In this document: piece after piece, positions 9,533-18,909 of the stretch | How positions within the stretch are numbered: the first letter of the stretch is position 1 | Layout of the letters: each line of letters starts with the position of its first letter | Notes under the pieces: model-generated | Told to the model about the DNA's origin: nothing | The model's database searches: none | What the model saw: only the letters and a program-made list of their open reading frames with translations | Made by a program: the position numbers and the translations under genes | Source of the DNA: Bacteroidales bacterium | Lineage (GTDB): Bacteria > Bacteroidota > Bacteroidia > Bacteroidales > UBA12077 | Direction of reading: 5' to 3' | Assembly (NCBI GenBank): GCA_030668615.1 | Contig: DAOUTQ010000003.1 | Coordinates: 1 to 44,447, forward strand | Length of the DNA: 44,447 nt

Positions 9533-12137
9533 AATATATAATTTCTCCTGAGCTTTCTTTGTAAACATGAATAAAACCGGTAATATTTCTTACTTCAAGA
9601 CCTGAAATTCGCGATTCCCAAACATCGCAAATATAATAATAGACACCTGTTGGTACTCCTTGATCTGATCTTAATGTTTTTCCGTCCCATTCAATCAATG
9701 GATTCTTTGTTTCATAAACTAGTTCGCCCCAACGGTTAAAGATCTTCATATCCACTTTATCGACAAAATTAAGAGGGTTTTTAGCAATAAAAATATCATT
9801 AACACCATCCCCGTTTGGAGAAAATACATTTGGTAATTTATAATAAGTACAATTATCAACACACTGAATAACTGAAAGCTCGCTCTCATTATTAAAAGAA
9901 TCTACAGCTGCAACGGCATAACAACCACCCATAGATGATTCAGGGAAATGTTCAAAAAAAGTATTTTCAGCTCCTTCTATTCTTTCAATGGAATCCAACG
10001 CTGTATCATAACTATCGGTATAATAAACTTTATAAGCTACAACATCATCGGCACAAGTAAGGTTCGGATTATTCCATCTTAAAATGTTTTTTAAGCTATC
10101 GCATGATGATCGTACGGCCAATTCTGGAGGACAAGGACGTTGATAATCATTAGGAGTTTGGCATAGTTCATGCGACCAATTAATTGTTGGATACTCCAGT
10201 GTATCAATCTTATAAACACCTATGCTTTTAACTTTATAACAATACGATTTCCCATTTTTCAGCTTATCATCTGTGTAAACCCGTGAAGTTGAATAATCTA
10301 TTGAATCATAATTTAGAGTTGAATTATTCAAACGATAAATAACAAATTCGTTATCGTACCATGGTGTATTTTTCTCAATATTTATTTCTACTTTATTATC
10401 TGAAGGAACTAAGTTGAGAAAAATTGATGATGCTAACTGCGGAATACCAATACGAAACCTGTTGCCTGGGGTATCATTAAACAATGCCACTTCATACGAA
10501 TATTGTGTTTCCAGTGTATTTAAATCAATATCAGTAATAGTTGTATCGTCTAATCCTTCAAGTGTATCTATTGGTTCTAAATGCATTCCTATTGCATCGT
10601 TTGATCGGTAAACAACATACTCAAACGGGCCCGTAGCTTCAGGAATTGTATCTAAACGATCCGGTTTTGCCCATTTTAGCATAATTTCTCCACTTGCTGC
10701 ATCAGTATTTAAAACAGAAACATTGGTAATTACAGGAAATCCCGGCTCAAGCGATTCACATTTTTCTTCGGAAGGATAACTTTGTGCACCATCTTCAAAT
10801 TCAGCCACAATTCGGTAACAATAATTAAATCCCTGAACTAAACCTTCTCCGTCGTCATTATCAATAAAAATAGTATCGGTAGTTTCTCCTGCATATTCAT
10901 AACCTCCATCCTCTGGCATTCCTGTTGTACAATCATCGTGCGTATAATCCAATGATCCTTCTTTTCTTCTGTAAATTAAATATTTCGCTGGATTACAATC
11001 AGGTTCATTCCAACTAACTCTAATATATGCATTTCCCGGATCGGTTTCCAAACCGTAAGGTGCAGGGCCAATTACTTTTACAAGCATTCTTTCTACACCA
11101 ACCAGTTTTACATCAGGATGATCATCTTTAGCAGAAATAATTACCATATACGATTCGTTTCTTATGTGATTACATGTTGTAAACCACTTGAATCTGGATA
11201 CTGTTTCTCCCGGAACACTTGAAACTTCTGTTAACGTTGCTGGTTTTGTTTCAAATAAAAATGGACCTCCTGTAGCTGAATGTTCAATATTATTCAAATC
11301 TGCATCTGTACTTCTAATTAATACATCTATTGTATCTCCTGCCACTACACAAACTTCATCAATAGGGTCTGTTTCCGGAGGATTATTTTCTGTGGAATAT
11401 ACATTGATTTGAATATCTCTTGTTATGGAGCCAATTTTTACACCATCGCGCCACTCATCAATGAGTATTGCAAGATTATATTTCCCAGTATCAGAAGGAG
11501 TATCCCATATTAAATCTCCCGTTAACTCATTCATTCCGATAGAACTGGTTGCTGGCGGTAATGTATATCCGGTAATAGGATTGCCATCTTCACCTGTACA
11601 AGTTGTAAGAAAATATTTCAAATCATCTCCATTTTTATCGTAAGCTCCCGGATTATGAACAAAAAGTTTGTATTGTGCTGCCTGATTAACCGGAGGATTC
11701 AATAAAAGCGGAGTGTCATTTAATCCAAGTGATGGATTTACAAACAGAGTTGTTTTTACTGAAAATACCGTATTTACTGAATTTGGAATATTCTGGACTC
11801 CAAAATTCCTATTCGGATCCTGAACAAGTATTGAGTAAACTCCTGGTCCGGGAAAAGTATGTACAGCTGAGTATCTGTTTCTCTGATAATAATCAGGAAG
11901 TATAACCTTTTCAGTTCTTGCAACAATCGTAAAAGTACCATCACCCCACTCTACTTCAAGCTCTTCCCTGTCTACATTACTTAAAGTATAAGTATAAGTA
12001 GTTACTGTAACCTTATAGGTCAATTCTGACAACTGAACATAGGTAATTTCTCCGGCCCTGTTATGTGTTGCATAAACACCTGAAAACCCAGTGATTAAAA
12101 ATATAATAATCGGTATATAAATCCTTCTAATACTCAT
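9525..12137 (-). CDS. T9SS type-B sorting domain (gliding motility-associated C-terminal domain) protein with FN3-like repeats
   Basis: Signal peptide followed by ATHNRAGEITY, C-terminal LPNVFSPNGDGVND...IFNRWG...WDG...GVYYY, and FN3-like YCYRI/YCYKV motifs. Confidence 0.9.
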   Translation of the reverse strand: MSIRRIYIPIIIFLITGFSGVYATHNRAGEITYVQLSELTYKVTVTTYTYTLSNVDREELEVEWGDGTFTIVARTEKVILPDYYQRNRYSAVHTFPGPGVYSILVQDPNRNFGVQNIPNSVNTVFSVKTTLFVNPSLGLNDTPLLLNPPVNQAAQYKLFVHNPGAYDKNGDDLKYFLTTCTGEDGNPITGYTLPPATSSIGMNELTGDLIWDTPSDTGKYNLAILIDEWRDGVKIGSITRDIQINVYSTENNPPETDPIDEVCVVAGDTIDVLIRSTDADLNNIEHSATGGPFLFETKPATLTEVSSVPGETVSRFKWFTTCNHIRNESYMVIISAKDDHPDVKLVGVERMLVKVIGPAPYGLETDPGNAYIRVSWNEPDCNPAKYLIYRRKEGSLDYTHDDCTTGMPEDGGYEYAGETTDTIFIDNDDGEGLVQGFNYCYRIVAEFEDGAQSYPSEEKCESLEPGFPVITNVSVLNTDAASGEIMLKWAKPDRLDTIPEATGPFEYVVYRSNDAIGMHLEPIDTLEGLDDTTITDIDLNTLETQYSYEVALFNDTPGNRFRIGIPQLASSIFLNLVPSDNKVEINIEKNTPWYDNEFVIYRLNNSTLNYDSIDYSTSRVYTDDKLKNGKSYCYKVKSIGVYKIDTLEYPTINWSHELCQTPNDYQRPCPPELAVRSSCDSLKNILRWNNPNLTCADDVVAYKVYYTDSYDTALDSIERIEGAENTFFEHFPESSMGGCYAVAAVDSFNNESELSVIQCVDNCTYYKLPNVFSPNGDGVNDIFIAKNPLNFVDKVDMKIFNRWGELVYETKNPLIEWDGKTLRSDQGVPTGVYYYICDVWESRISGLEVRNITGFIHVYKESSGEIIYYE

Positions 12138-12630
12138 CTGTTACAATTGTATATTCTTTCTTTTTAAAGTTAAACTGATATCCTTTTTCTATTTCTCTCT
12201 TTTTCAAAATCAATAAATTTTTTTGATCAGGATACAAATCCAACAATATGGAATTCTTTATAGTAAATGTCTTCACTTCTTTCTTTAATGCAATATTATA
12301 ATAAAACCATACGGCTTCATCATTTTTCTTCATTCCTTCATTAGTATATTTCAATTCTTTCCCTTTAACTATTATTTTAAAATGATCCTGAAAATAGGAG
12401 TCAATTTTTTCTTTATGTAAATTATAATTTCCCTTCTCACTAAGATCAACTTGAATATTATATAATTGATTTATAATTAATTGAAAATCATCTGTAAATA
12501 CTTTAAATGATAAAGAAATGGTGTTTTTCTCTGATTGAAATTCCAAATTTGTTACTGATACATGAATTGGATGCATCAAAAAAAAATTTGATATAAGTAA
12601 TAAATAAAAGCTTTTTATAAATATAAACAT
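12127..12630 (-). CDS. DUF6702-like exported protein
   Basis: HPIHVSVT, FTDDF and NSILLDLYPDQKNLL resemble this Bacteroidota family (from recollection). It overlaps the next start. Confidence 0.65.
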   Translation of the reverse strand: MFIFIKSFYLLLISNFFLMHPIHVSVTNLEFQSEKNTISLSFKVFTDDFQLIINQLYNIQVDLSEKGNYNLHKEKIDSYFQDHFKIIVKGKELKYTNEGMKKNDEAVWFYYNIALKKEVKTFTIKNSILLDLYPDQKNLLILKKREIEKGYQFNFKKKEYTIVTDEY

Positions 12631-12667
12631 AGGATAAAATTACTATTTTTTTATTTCTTTGAGTTAA

Positions 12668-12795
12668 TTATACCGTTTACTATTCAATATGTCATATTTG
12701 TAAAAACAAATATGAATTGAATATGTAACGGCATTAACAATTCTAAACTTTAAATTATATTTTAAATACGATATTTTGATGAAGAATTGGTATTA
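12668..12795. repeat. ~130-bp double-hairpin dispersed repeat, copy 2
   Basis: Same orientation and ends (TTATACCGTTTA...GAAGAATTGGTATTA) as 8203-8332. Confidence 0.85.
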
Positions 12796-12839
12796 TTTAA
12801 AATAACATAACTAAAGGGCTTCAACTAAAATTTAAAACA

Positions 12840-13424
12840 ATGAATACTTTTCAACTCTATTTTCAACTCGGAATTTCACATATTACAGATATTCTAGGAT
12901 ATGATCACATTCTATTTCTTTTAACACTTTGTGCTGTGTATTCTTTAAATCAATGGAAAAGTATATTAATTTTAATAACAGCCTTTACTATAGGTCATTG
13001 CACAACTTTAATATTAGCCACTTTTAATATTATTCATATTTCATCTGACCTGATTGAATTTTTAATTCCGGTAACAATTTTAGCAACTGCAATTGCTAAC
13101 ATTGTGCAAAAAGATAATTTTGCTACGAACACATTACATTTAATAAAATACATTGCAGCTCTGTTTTTTGGTTTAATACATGGTTTAGGATTCTCGAATT
13201 ATTTAAAGAGTTTACTTGGTATGGAAAGCAGTATTATAAAACCTCTTCTTGCCTTCAATATAGGAATTGAACTTGGTCAAATATTTGTTGTTCTAATCAT
13301 TTTAGGAATAACTGCTTTAATAACAAATGTTCTGAGCTTTAATAAAAGAGAATGGAGTATGATTTTATCGGGCGCAGGTGCAGGAGTATCACTAATTCTA
13401 ATTATTGAACGATTCCCTTTTTAA
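12840..13424 (+). CDS. HupE/UreJ family membrane protein
   Basis: GYDHILF, TAFTIGH, FGLIHGLGF and FNIGIELGQ motifs, with multiple TM helices. Confidence 0.9.
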   Translation: MNTFQLYFQLGISHITDILGYDHILFLLTLCAVYSLNQWKSILILITAFTIGHCTTLILATFNIIHISSDLIEFLIPVTILATAIANIVQKDNFATNTLHLIKYIAALFFGLIHGLGFSNYLKSLLGMESSIIKPLLAFNIGIELGQIFVVLIILGITALITNVLSFNKREWSMILSGAGAGVSLILIIERFPF

Positions 13425-13518
13425 TAAGTTCGGGGTGAGGTAAATCATCAAATCATTCTTGGAAACCTGATTAATAATCATTATTTTGGTAAATCCATAA
13501 TCTCATCACTTAGTAATT

Positions 13519-15402
13519 ATGAAAAAACTAAAAATCCTTTTAATAGCATTTATTCTTTCAGGTACATCAGTAGTAAATGCACAGCAAATTGAAAATCTGC
13601 GAATAAAAACCTTTGAAAATAAACTAAACCTGATATACGATATATCACACGAGAAATCAGGACAGTTGTTTCATATTAAAGTTCTTTGTTCCGATGATGG
13701 AGGGCAAAGTTTTAATATTCCATTAAAGTCTATTTCAGGTGATATTAGTACTGGAGTTGAAGGTGGAAAAGATAAAATTATTATTTGGGATGTATTAAAA
13801 GACCAACAAAGCCTTAAAGGCGATAATTTCGTTTTTAAAATAATTGCTACACCAGAAAAAGTAGAAAATCAGACAGACAATGTTCAAGGATTCTTTTTTG
13901 AACTTGTTGATTGTTATAAAAAAGACAAGAAAATAATTTGTGCATTAAAAGTTACTAATAAAGGAACAAAACGTGATCTTAAAATAATAAATCGCCTAGC
14001 AAGAATATATGATTTTAAAGGCAAAAAGATTGAATCTAATTTTTCAAAATTAGGCAAAGTACAAGGTGATGCGCGTTATGCCACTCCAACATTAACGTTT
14101 CAGCCAAATAAAACTGATATTGCCATTGTTAGTTTCGATATTCCTAATGGTTTTTCCAGCCGAATTAAAATGCTTGAGTTTGGAGTTGAAATATTGGAAA
14201 TAACCTATGGGCTTGATTTAAAATCAGGAAACATTCAATTCAAAGATATTTCTTTTGATAATCCGAAAGCACCTGCAAAATCAGAGCTTTTATCTCCTAG
14301 TACAAGTTTAAATATTGGGCAAGAACTCACAAGAATGATTGACACCAAACCACCAAAAGTAAGTTTTACCAAGCCAATACTTCAAAAAGACAAAGCTGCT
14401 ATTGTTAATTCCGAAGAAGTAATCATTCAGGGTAAAGTAAGCGATAAGAATGGTGTGTTTGAACTTACCATTAATGGTATGTATGCTAACTTAAGCGATA
14501 ATGGAGATTTCAAAACAGATGTATATCTTGTTGAAGGTAGAAACAATGTATATGTACGTGCAGTTGACAAGTTTAACAATGTTACCGAAGAAAGTTATAT
14601 AATTGTATATCAAAATCTAAATAAAAGAGATCAGCGACAAACAGCCATTAATAAAAACGACCCTACTGTACTTGATGAAAGAACTGTAAAAGATGGTAAA
14701 TACTACGCATTATTGATTGGTGTAAGTGAGTATCCCGATCCTGAAATCATGAACTTGGATCAACCGGTTTCTGATGCTGAAAAACTATACAATACTTTAA
14801 CAACACAGTACACTTTCGAAAAGCAAAATGTAAAATTGCTTAAAAGCCCTACTCGTGAAGAAATTATTGCCGAATTGGATCGTTTAAATCGTGTAATTAC
14901 CGAAGATGACAACTTATTGGTTTTTTATGCTGGTCATGGATATTGGGATTCACAAGATGAAGTTGGATATTGGTTACCATCAGATTCTAAAAAAGCGAAT
15001 ACTGCTAACTGGATGAGAAACACCACAATTCGCGATTATCTTAGAACAGTAAAAACAAAACATACTATTCTAATTGCAGATGCCTGTTTTAGCGGAGGAA
15101 TTTTTAAAACCAGAAAAGCTTTTACAGATGCTCCTAAATCAATTCAGAAATTATATGAAGTTCCAAGTCGAAAAGCAATGACAAGCGGTTCTTTAAAAGA
15201 AGTTCCCGACCGCAGTGTATTCTTGCTTTATTTAGATAAACGATTGAATGAAAATACGCAGCCTTATATTTCAGCTGAAGAGTTATTTGGTAGTTTTAAG
15301 ATTGCTGTATTGAATAATAGCCCAAATGTTCCTCAGTACGGAGAAATAAAAGATACTGGTGATGAAGGAGGTGATTTTATTTTCATTAAAAGATCGAATT
15401 AG
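13519..15402 (+). CDS. Exported caspase-family (peptidase C14) protein with N-terminal beta-sandwich domains
   Basis: Signal peptide, YALLIGVSEY, His in FYAGHG, Cys in ADACFSG and terminal GDEGGDFIF. Confidence 0.9.
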   Translation: MKKLKILLIAFILSGTSVVNAQQIENLRIKTFENKLNLIYDISHEKSGQLFHIKVLCSDDGGQSFNIPLKSISGDISTGVEGGKDKIIIWDVLKDQQSLKGDNFVFKIIATPEKVENQTDNVQGFFFELVDCYKKDKKIICALKVTNKGTKRDLKIINRLARIYDFKGKKIESNFSKLGKVQGDARYATPTLTFQPNKTDIAIVSFDIPNGFSSRIKMLEFGVEILEITYGLDLKSGNIQFKDISFDNPKAPAKSELLSPSTSLNIGQELTRMIDTKPPKVSFTKPILQKDKAAIVNSEEVIIQGKVSDKNGVFELTINGMYANLSDNGDFKTDVYLVEGRNNVYVRAVDKFNNVTEESYIIVYQNLNKRDQRQTAINKNDPTVLDERTVKDGKYYALLIGVSEYPDPEIMNLDQPVSDAEKLYNTLTTQYTFEKQNVKLLKSPTREEIIAELDRLNRVITEDDNLLVFYAGHGYWDSQDEVGYWLPSDSKKANTANWMRNTTIRDYLRTVKTKHTILIADACFSGGIFKTRKAFTDAPKSIQKLYEVPSRKAMTSGSLKEVPDRSVFLLYLDKRLNENTQPYISAEELFGSFKIAVLNNSPNVPQYGEIKDTGDEGGDFIFIKRSN

Positions 15403-15433
15403 AATAATCAATATAAAATTCATAAAAACATAT

Positions 15434-15465
15434 AAGGGAAGCTTTTGCAATGCTTCCCTTTTTTT
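15434..15465 (+). terminator. Intrinsic terminator after the caspase gene
   Basis: AAGGGAAGC-N9-GCTTCCCTT followed by a T run. Confidence 0.85.
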
Positions 15466-15497
15466 ATTACCTTTTAGCATATCAATTATTTATAATC

Positions 15498-17690
15498 ATG
15501 CCAACAATCGTTCACGAATTAGATCAAATTGCTATATCTGTAAAATCGCATATGCTTCTCAGAAAATTGCTCAAAGAAAATCCTATTCTTGATGAGATTA
15601 TGCGTAATGCCAGAAATGAGACAGAAGCATTAGTTGGTACTAGAAACTGGATTCTTGAAGAACTGAAAAAACACAATGATGCGTATCAGTTTTACAAGCG
15701 AACAGCAATTGGACGTGAAGCATTTGAAAAATTGGAATGGAAAGATTTCGCAGCTATTCGAATATTAGATTACATAGATAATGCTGGTCGCGAATTCGAC
15801 GATTTAAACTTACATGGAGAAGAAGCAATAAGTAATCCTATTGCTTTAATATGGTTAGCCGTAAACTTTGGAACAGGTGGAGCAAAGCCATTCTTTTTTG
15901 AAGATATGCTCCAGCTTTTCAGGCAATTTACAGGTAATTTGGTAAGGAATATTCCCGATATAGAACAAGTTGAACAATGGATGGATAGATGGAGCAGCGG
16001 ACTTGATCCACGTATTGCAAAGCTTCGTGAAGAAAACCGTGAACGAATTATAAAAATAATCATAAATAAAATTGATTCGGGCGAGATTAAGGATTCTAAA
16101 TATTTCTTTGAGAAAGGAATGTCGCAAGAGCAAAAGTTTCTAAAAATACTGGAATGGTGGGACGAAAGTGTTTTTCATTTAAGATTTGCCGTTCGTACAC
16201 CGGAATTATTAAACGAGCTTTTAGGAAATTCTCTTGATCCTGACACGATGAAAATATTGTTCGAAGCAAAAGAAAAAGGAATTCCATTTTTTGTAAATCC
16301 TTATTACTTGTCATTGCTTCATGTTCGTGTGCCCTATTTTGCTGTTGGTGCCGATCTGGCTATACGTCATTATGTTATTTACAGTAAACAATTACTCGAT
16401 GAATATGGCGATATAAAAGCATGGGAAAAAGAAGATAAAGTAGAGCCCGGAAAACCAAATGCTGCCGGTTGGCTTTTACCAAACGATCATAATATTCACA
16501 GGCGTTATCCGGAGGTTGCCATTTTAATACCTGACACAATTGGTCGTGCCTGTGGTGGTTTATGTGCTTCATGTCAGCGTATGTACGATTTTCAACGTGG
16601 TAATCTTAACTTTAATCTTGATAAGCTAAAACCACGCGAGACTTGGGAAGAAAAACTTAAGAAACTAATCAGTTATTTTGAAGATGATCCACAACTACGT
16701 GATATTTTAATTACTGGTGGTGATGCATTAATGAGCTCAAATAAATCACTTAATAAGATTTTAAATGAGATTTATGAAATGGCTTTACGTAAAAAGAAAG
16801 CAAATGAAAAAAGAGCAAAAGGAGAAAAGTATGCAGAAATTTTAAGAGTAAGACTTGGTAGCAGATTACCAGTTTATTTGCCACAAAGAATAACCTTGGA
16901 ACTTACTCAGGTTTTAAAGGATTTTAAAGAAAAAGCATCAAAAATTGGGATCAAACAATTTGTAATTCAAACACATTTTGAATCGCCAATGGAAGTTACT
17001 CCTGAAGCACGCGAAGGTATTCGCCGATTAATAAATTCAGGATGGACAGTTACAAATCAACTTGTATTTACAGCAGCAGCATCACGTCGTGGACATTCAT
17101 CCAAACTTCGAAAAGTGCTAAACGAAATTGGCATAATTAATTACTACACCTTTAGTGTAAAAGGTTATATGGAAAACAATTTCAATTTTGCTACCAACGA
17201 GCGTGCTGTTCAGGAACAAATGGAAGAAAAAATTTATGGAAAAATACCGGAAAAGTATTTTGAAGAGATTAAAAATTTCCCAAATCATTCTGAATCTTTA
17301 GTTGAAAACATTGCAAAGCTTAAAGCCAAAGCAGATCTTCCGTTTTTAGGAACAGACCGAAACGTTTTAAACCTTCCTGGCGTTGGTAAAAGTCTTACTT
17401 TCCGGACAATAGGAATTACTCGCTATGGTAGAAGAATTCTTGAATTTGATCATGATACAAACCGAAATCATAGCCCAATAATTGAAAAAATGGGAAAAGT
17501 AATTATTATAGAATCCAAATCAATAAGTGAGTATTTAGAGCAACTTGAAGATATTGGCGAAAATATTTCTGATTACGAAAGTATTTGGGGTTATTCTATC
17601 GGTGAAACAGAACCTCGCGTTCCTATTTACGAATATCCGGAATATAATTTTGAAATAACTGATAAGAATACTAATCTTGAAATTGTTTAG
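15498..17690 (+). CDS. KamA-family PLP-dependent radical SAM 2,3-aminomutase, long form
   Basis: HRRYP, CGGLCASCQR (CxxxCxxC+R), ILITGGDALM, RLGSRLP, QTHFESP, NQLV and PLP Lys in NLPGVGK. The start is placed at ATG 15498 because ATG 15450 lies inside the upstream terminator. Confidence 0.9.
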   Translation: MPTIVHELDQIAISVKSHMLLRKLLKENPILDEIMRNARNETEALVGTRNWILEELKKHNDAYQFYKRTAIGREAFEKLEWKDFAAIRILDYIDNAGREFDDLNLHGEEAISNPIALIWLAVNFGTGGAKPFFFEDMLQLFRQFTGNLVRNIPDIEQVEQWMDRWSSGLDPRIAKLREENRERIIKIIINKIDSGEIKDSKYFFEKGMSQEQKFLKILEWWDESVFHLRFAVRTPELLNELLGNSLDPDTMKILFEAKEKGIPFFVNPYYLSLLHVRVPYFAVGADLAIRHYVIYSKQLLDEYGDIKAWEKEDKVEPGKPNAAGWLLPNDHNIHRRYPEVAILIPDTIGRACGGLCASCQRMYDFQRGNLNFNLDKLKPRETWEEKLKKLISYFEDDPQLRDILITGGDALMSSNKSLNKILNEIYEMALRKKKANEKRAKGEKYAEILRVRLGSRLPVYLPQRITLELTQVLKDFKEKASKIGIKQFVIQTHFESPMEVTPEAREGIRRLINSGWTVTNQLVFTAAASRRGHSSKLRKVLNEIGIINYYTFSVKGYMENNFNFATNERAVQEQMEEKIYGKIPEKYFEEIKNFPNHSESLVENIAKLKAKADLPFLGTDRNVLNLPGVGKSLTFRTIGITRYGRRILEFDHDTNRNHSPIIEKMGKVIIIESKSISEYLEQLEDIGENISDYESIWGYSIGETEPRVPIYEYPEYNFEITDKNTNLEIV

Positions 17691-17780
17691 TAAAATAATT
17701 GTAGTTTTTGTCATGCTAAAAGCATTACTCATCGAAATGCGAAGTTATTCACTTCGTTGGTTATTAATTCTATCTGAGTA

Positions 17781-18710
17781 TTAAATAGTAATAACCACAT
17801 TTCCTTTTTTATGCCCTTTGTCAACATACCTATGTGCCTCAACTATTTGTTCAAAAGGGTATTTTTTGTCGATTACAGATCTTAGCTTTCCTTCCTCGTA
17901 AATCTCTTTGAGAAATATCAGGTCTTCAACCTTTATCTTAAAGTTGCTTGACATAGCAAGAACATTAATATAAACTCCTGACTTTTTTAGAGATTTTTTA
18001 CGTTTAGAAGATGTAATCCTGCCTACTGCATCAAAAATAACATCATAAGTTTCACCACTTTGGGTAAAATCTTCTTTCGTATAATCAATAACATTATCGG
18101 CTCCCAGAGATTTCACCATTTCCAAATTTGTGGTACTGCAAACTCCTGTAACTTCTGCCCCATAGTACTTGGCAAGCTGTACCGCAAAAGTACCAACACT
18201 ACCTGAAGCTCCGTAGATTAATACCTTTTGACCCTTTTGAATATTTGCTTTTCTAAGATTATAATAGGCGGTTAATGCCCCATTAGAAAACGGAGCAGCT
18301 TCCTCATAGCTCATATTCACTGGTTTTATTGATAGAAATCCATCTTCAGGCATACAACGATACTCGGCATATGCACCAAAATCAAATTCAGTAGATCCAA
18401 AAACAGAATCACCTTTCTTAAACAAGGTAACATTTTTGCCTACCGCTTCAATATCTCCAGCCAGTTCCATTCCAAGTATTTTTTTTCTTGGTCCTCTGAA
18501 ACCTACCATTATTCGCATCATAGGTTTGAAAAAGAAATCCCTAACAGGGCCTAAACCAGGCTCCAAACGCCGAACCTTAGTATCACCAATATGTACTGTT
18601 GTAGCATGTACTTTTATTAGTACTTCATTATCTTTAGGTAAAGGTTTTTCCACTTCTTTAAACTGAAGAACCTCAGGAGGTCCATATTTGGTGCAAACAA
18701 CAACTTTCAT
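17781..18710 (-). CDS. MDR-superfamily NAD(P)-dependent oxidoreductase (zinc-independent, RTN4IP1/quinone reductase-like)
   Basis: [21 protein letters not shown], nucleotide-binding YGASGSVG and GHKKGNVV. Confidence 0.9.
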   Translation of the reverse strand: MKVVVCTKYGPPEVLQFKEVEKPLPKDNEVLIKVHATTVHIGDTKVRRLEPGLGPVRDFFFKPMMRIMVGFRGPRKKILGMELAGDIEAVGKNVTLFKKGDSVFGSTEFDFGAYAEYRCMPEDGFLSIKPVNMSYEEAAPFSNGALTAYYNLRKANIQKGQKVLIYGASGSVGTFAVQLAKYYGAEVTGVCSTTNLEMVKSLGADNVIDYTKEDFTQSGETYDVIFDAVGRITSSKRKKSLKKSGVYINVLAMSSNFKIKVEDLIFLKEIYEEGKLRSVIDKKYPFEQIVEAHRYVDKGHKKGNVVITI

Positions 18711-18855
18711 ATTTATATTTTTTACATGTTAATCTAATGACATACAACTTGTTATTATACCAAATATAGCAAAAATGATCGTCGTTTATAAGGTAATTAA
18801 TAATTAAATGAAGAATAATTATTTCACAAGTGCAACCGCGAGAAATACAGACAAG

Positions 18856-18885
18856 AAAAAAGAGGCTTTTCAGAAAGCCTCTTTT
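18856..18885 (-). terminator. Intrinsic terminator after the LEA_2 lipoprotein gene
   Basis: 12-bp stem AAAAGAGGCTTT/AAAGCCTCTTTT with a 4-nt loop. Confidence 0.85.
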
Positions 18886-18909
18886 ATATGTTTTATTTAC
18901 TTATAAATC

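Noticed and set aside
8203-12795. CRISPR array or composite transposon
   Set aside because: There are only two long copies 4.3 kb apart, with no spacers, cas genes or transposase.
13519-17690. Caspase and radical SAM genes as one defence or RiPP system
   Set aside because: A strong terminator separates them, the caspase is exported, the KamA enzyme is PLP-type, and there is no precursor peptide or effector gene.
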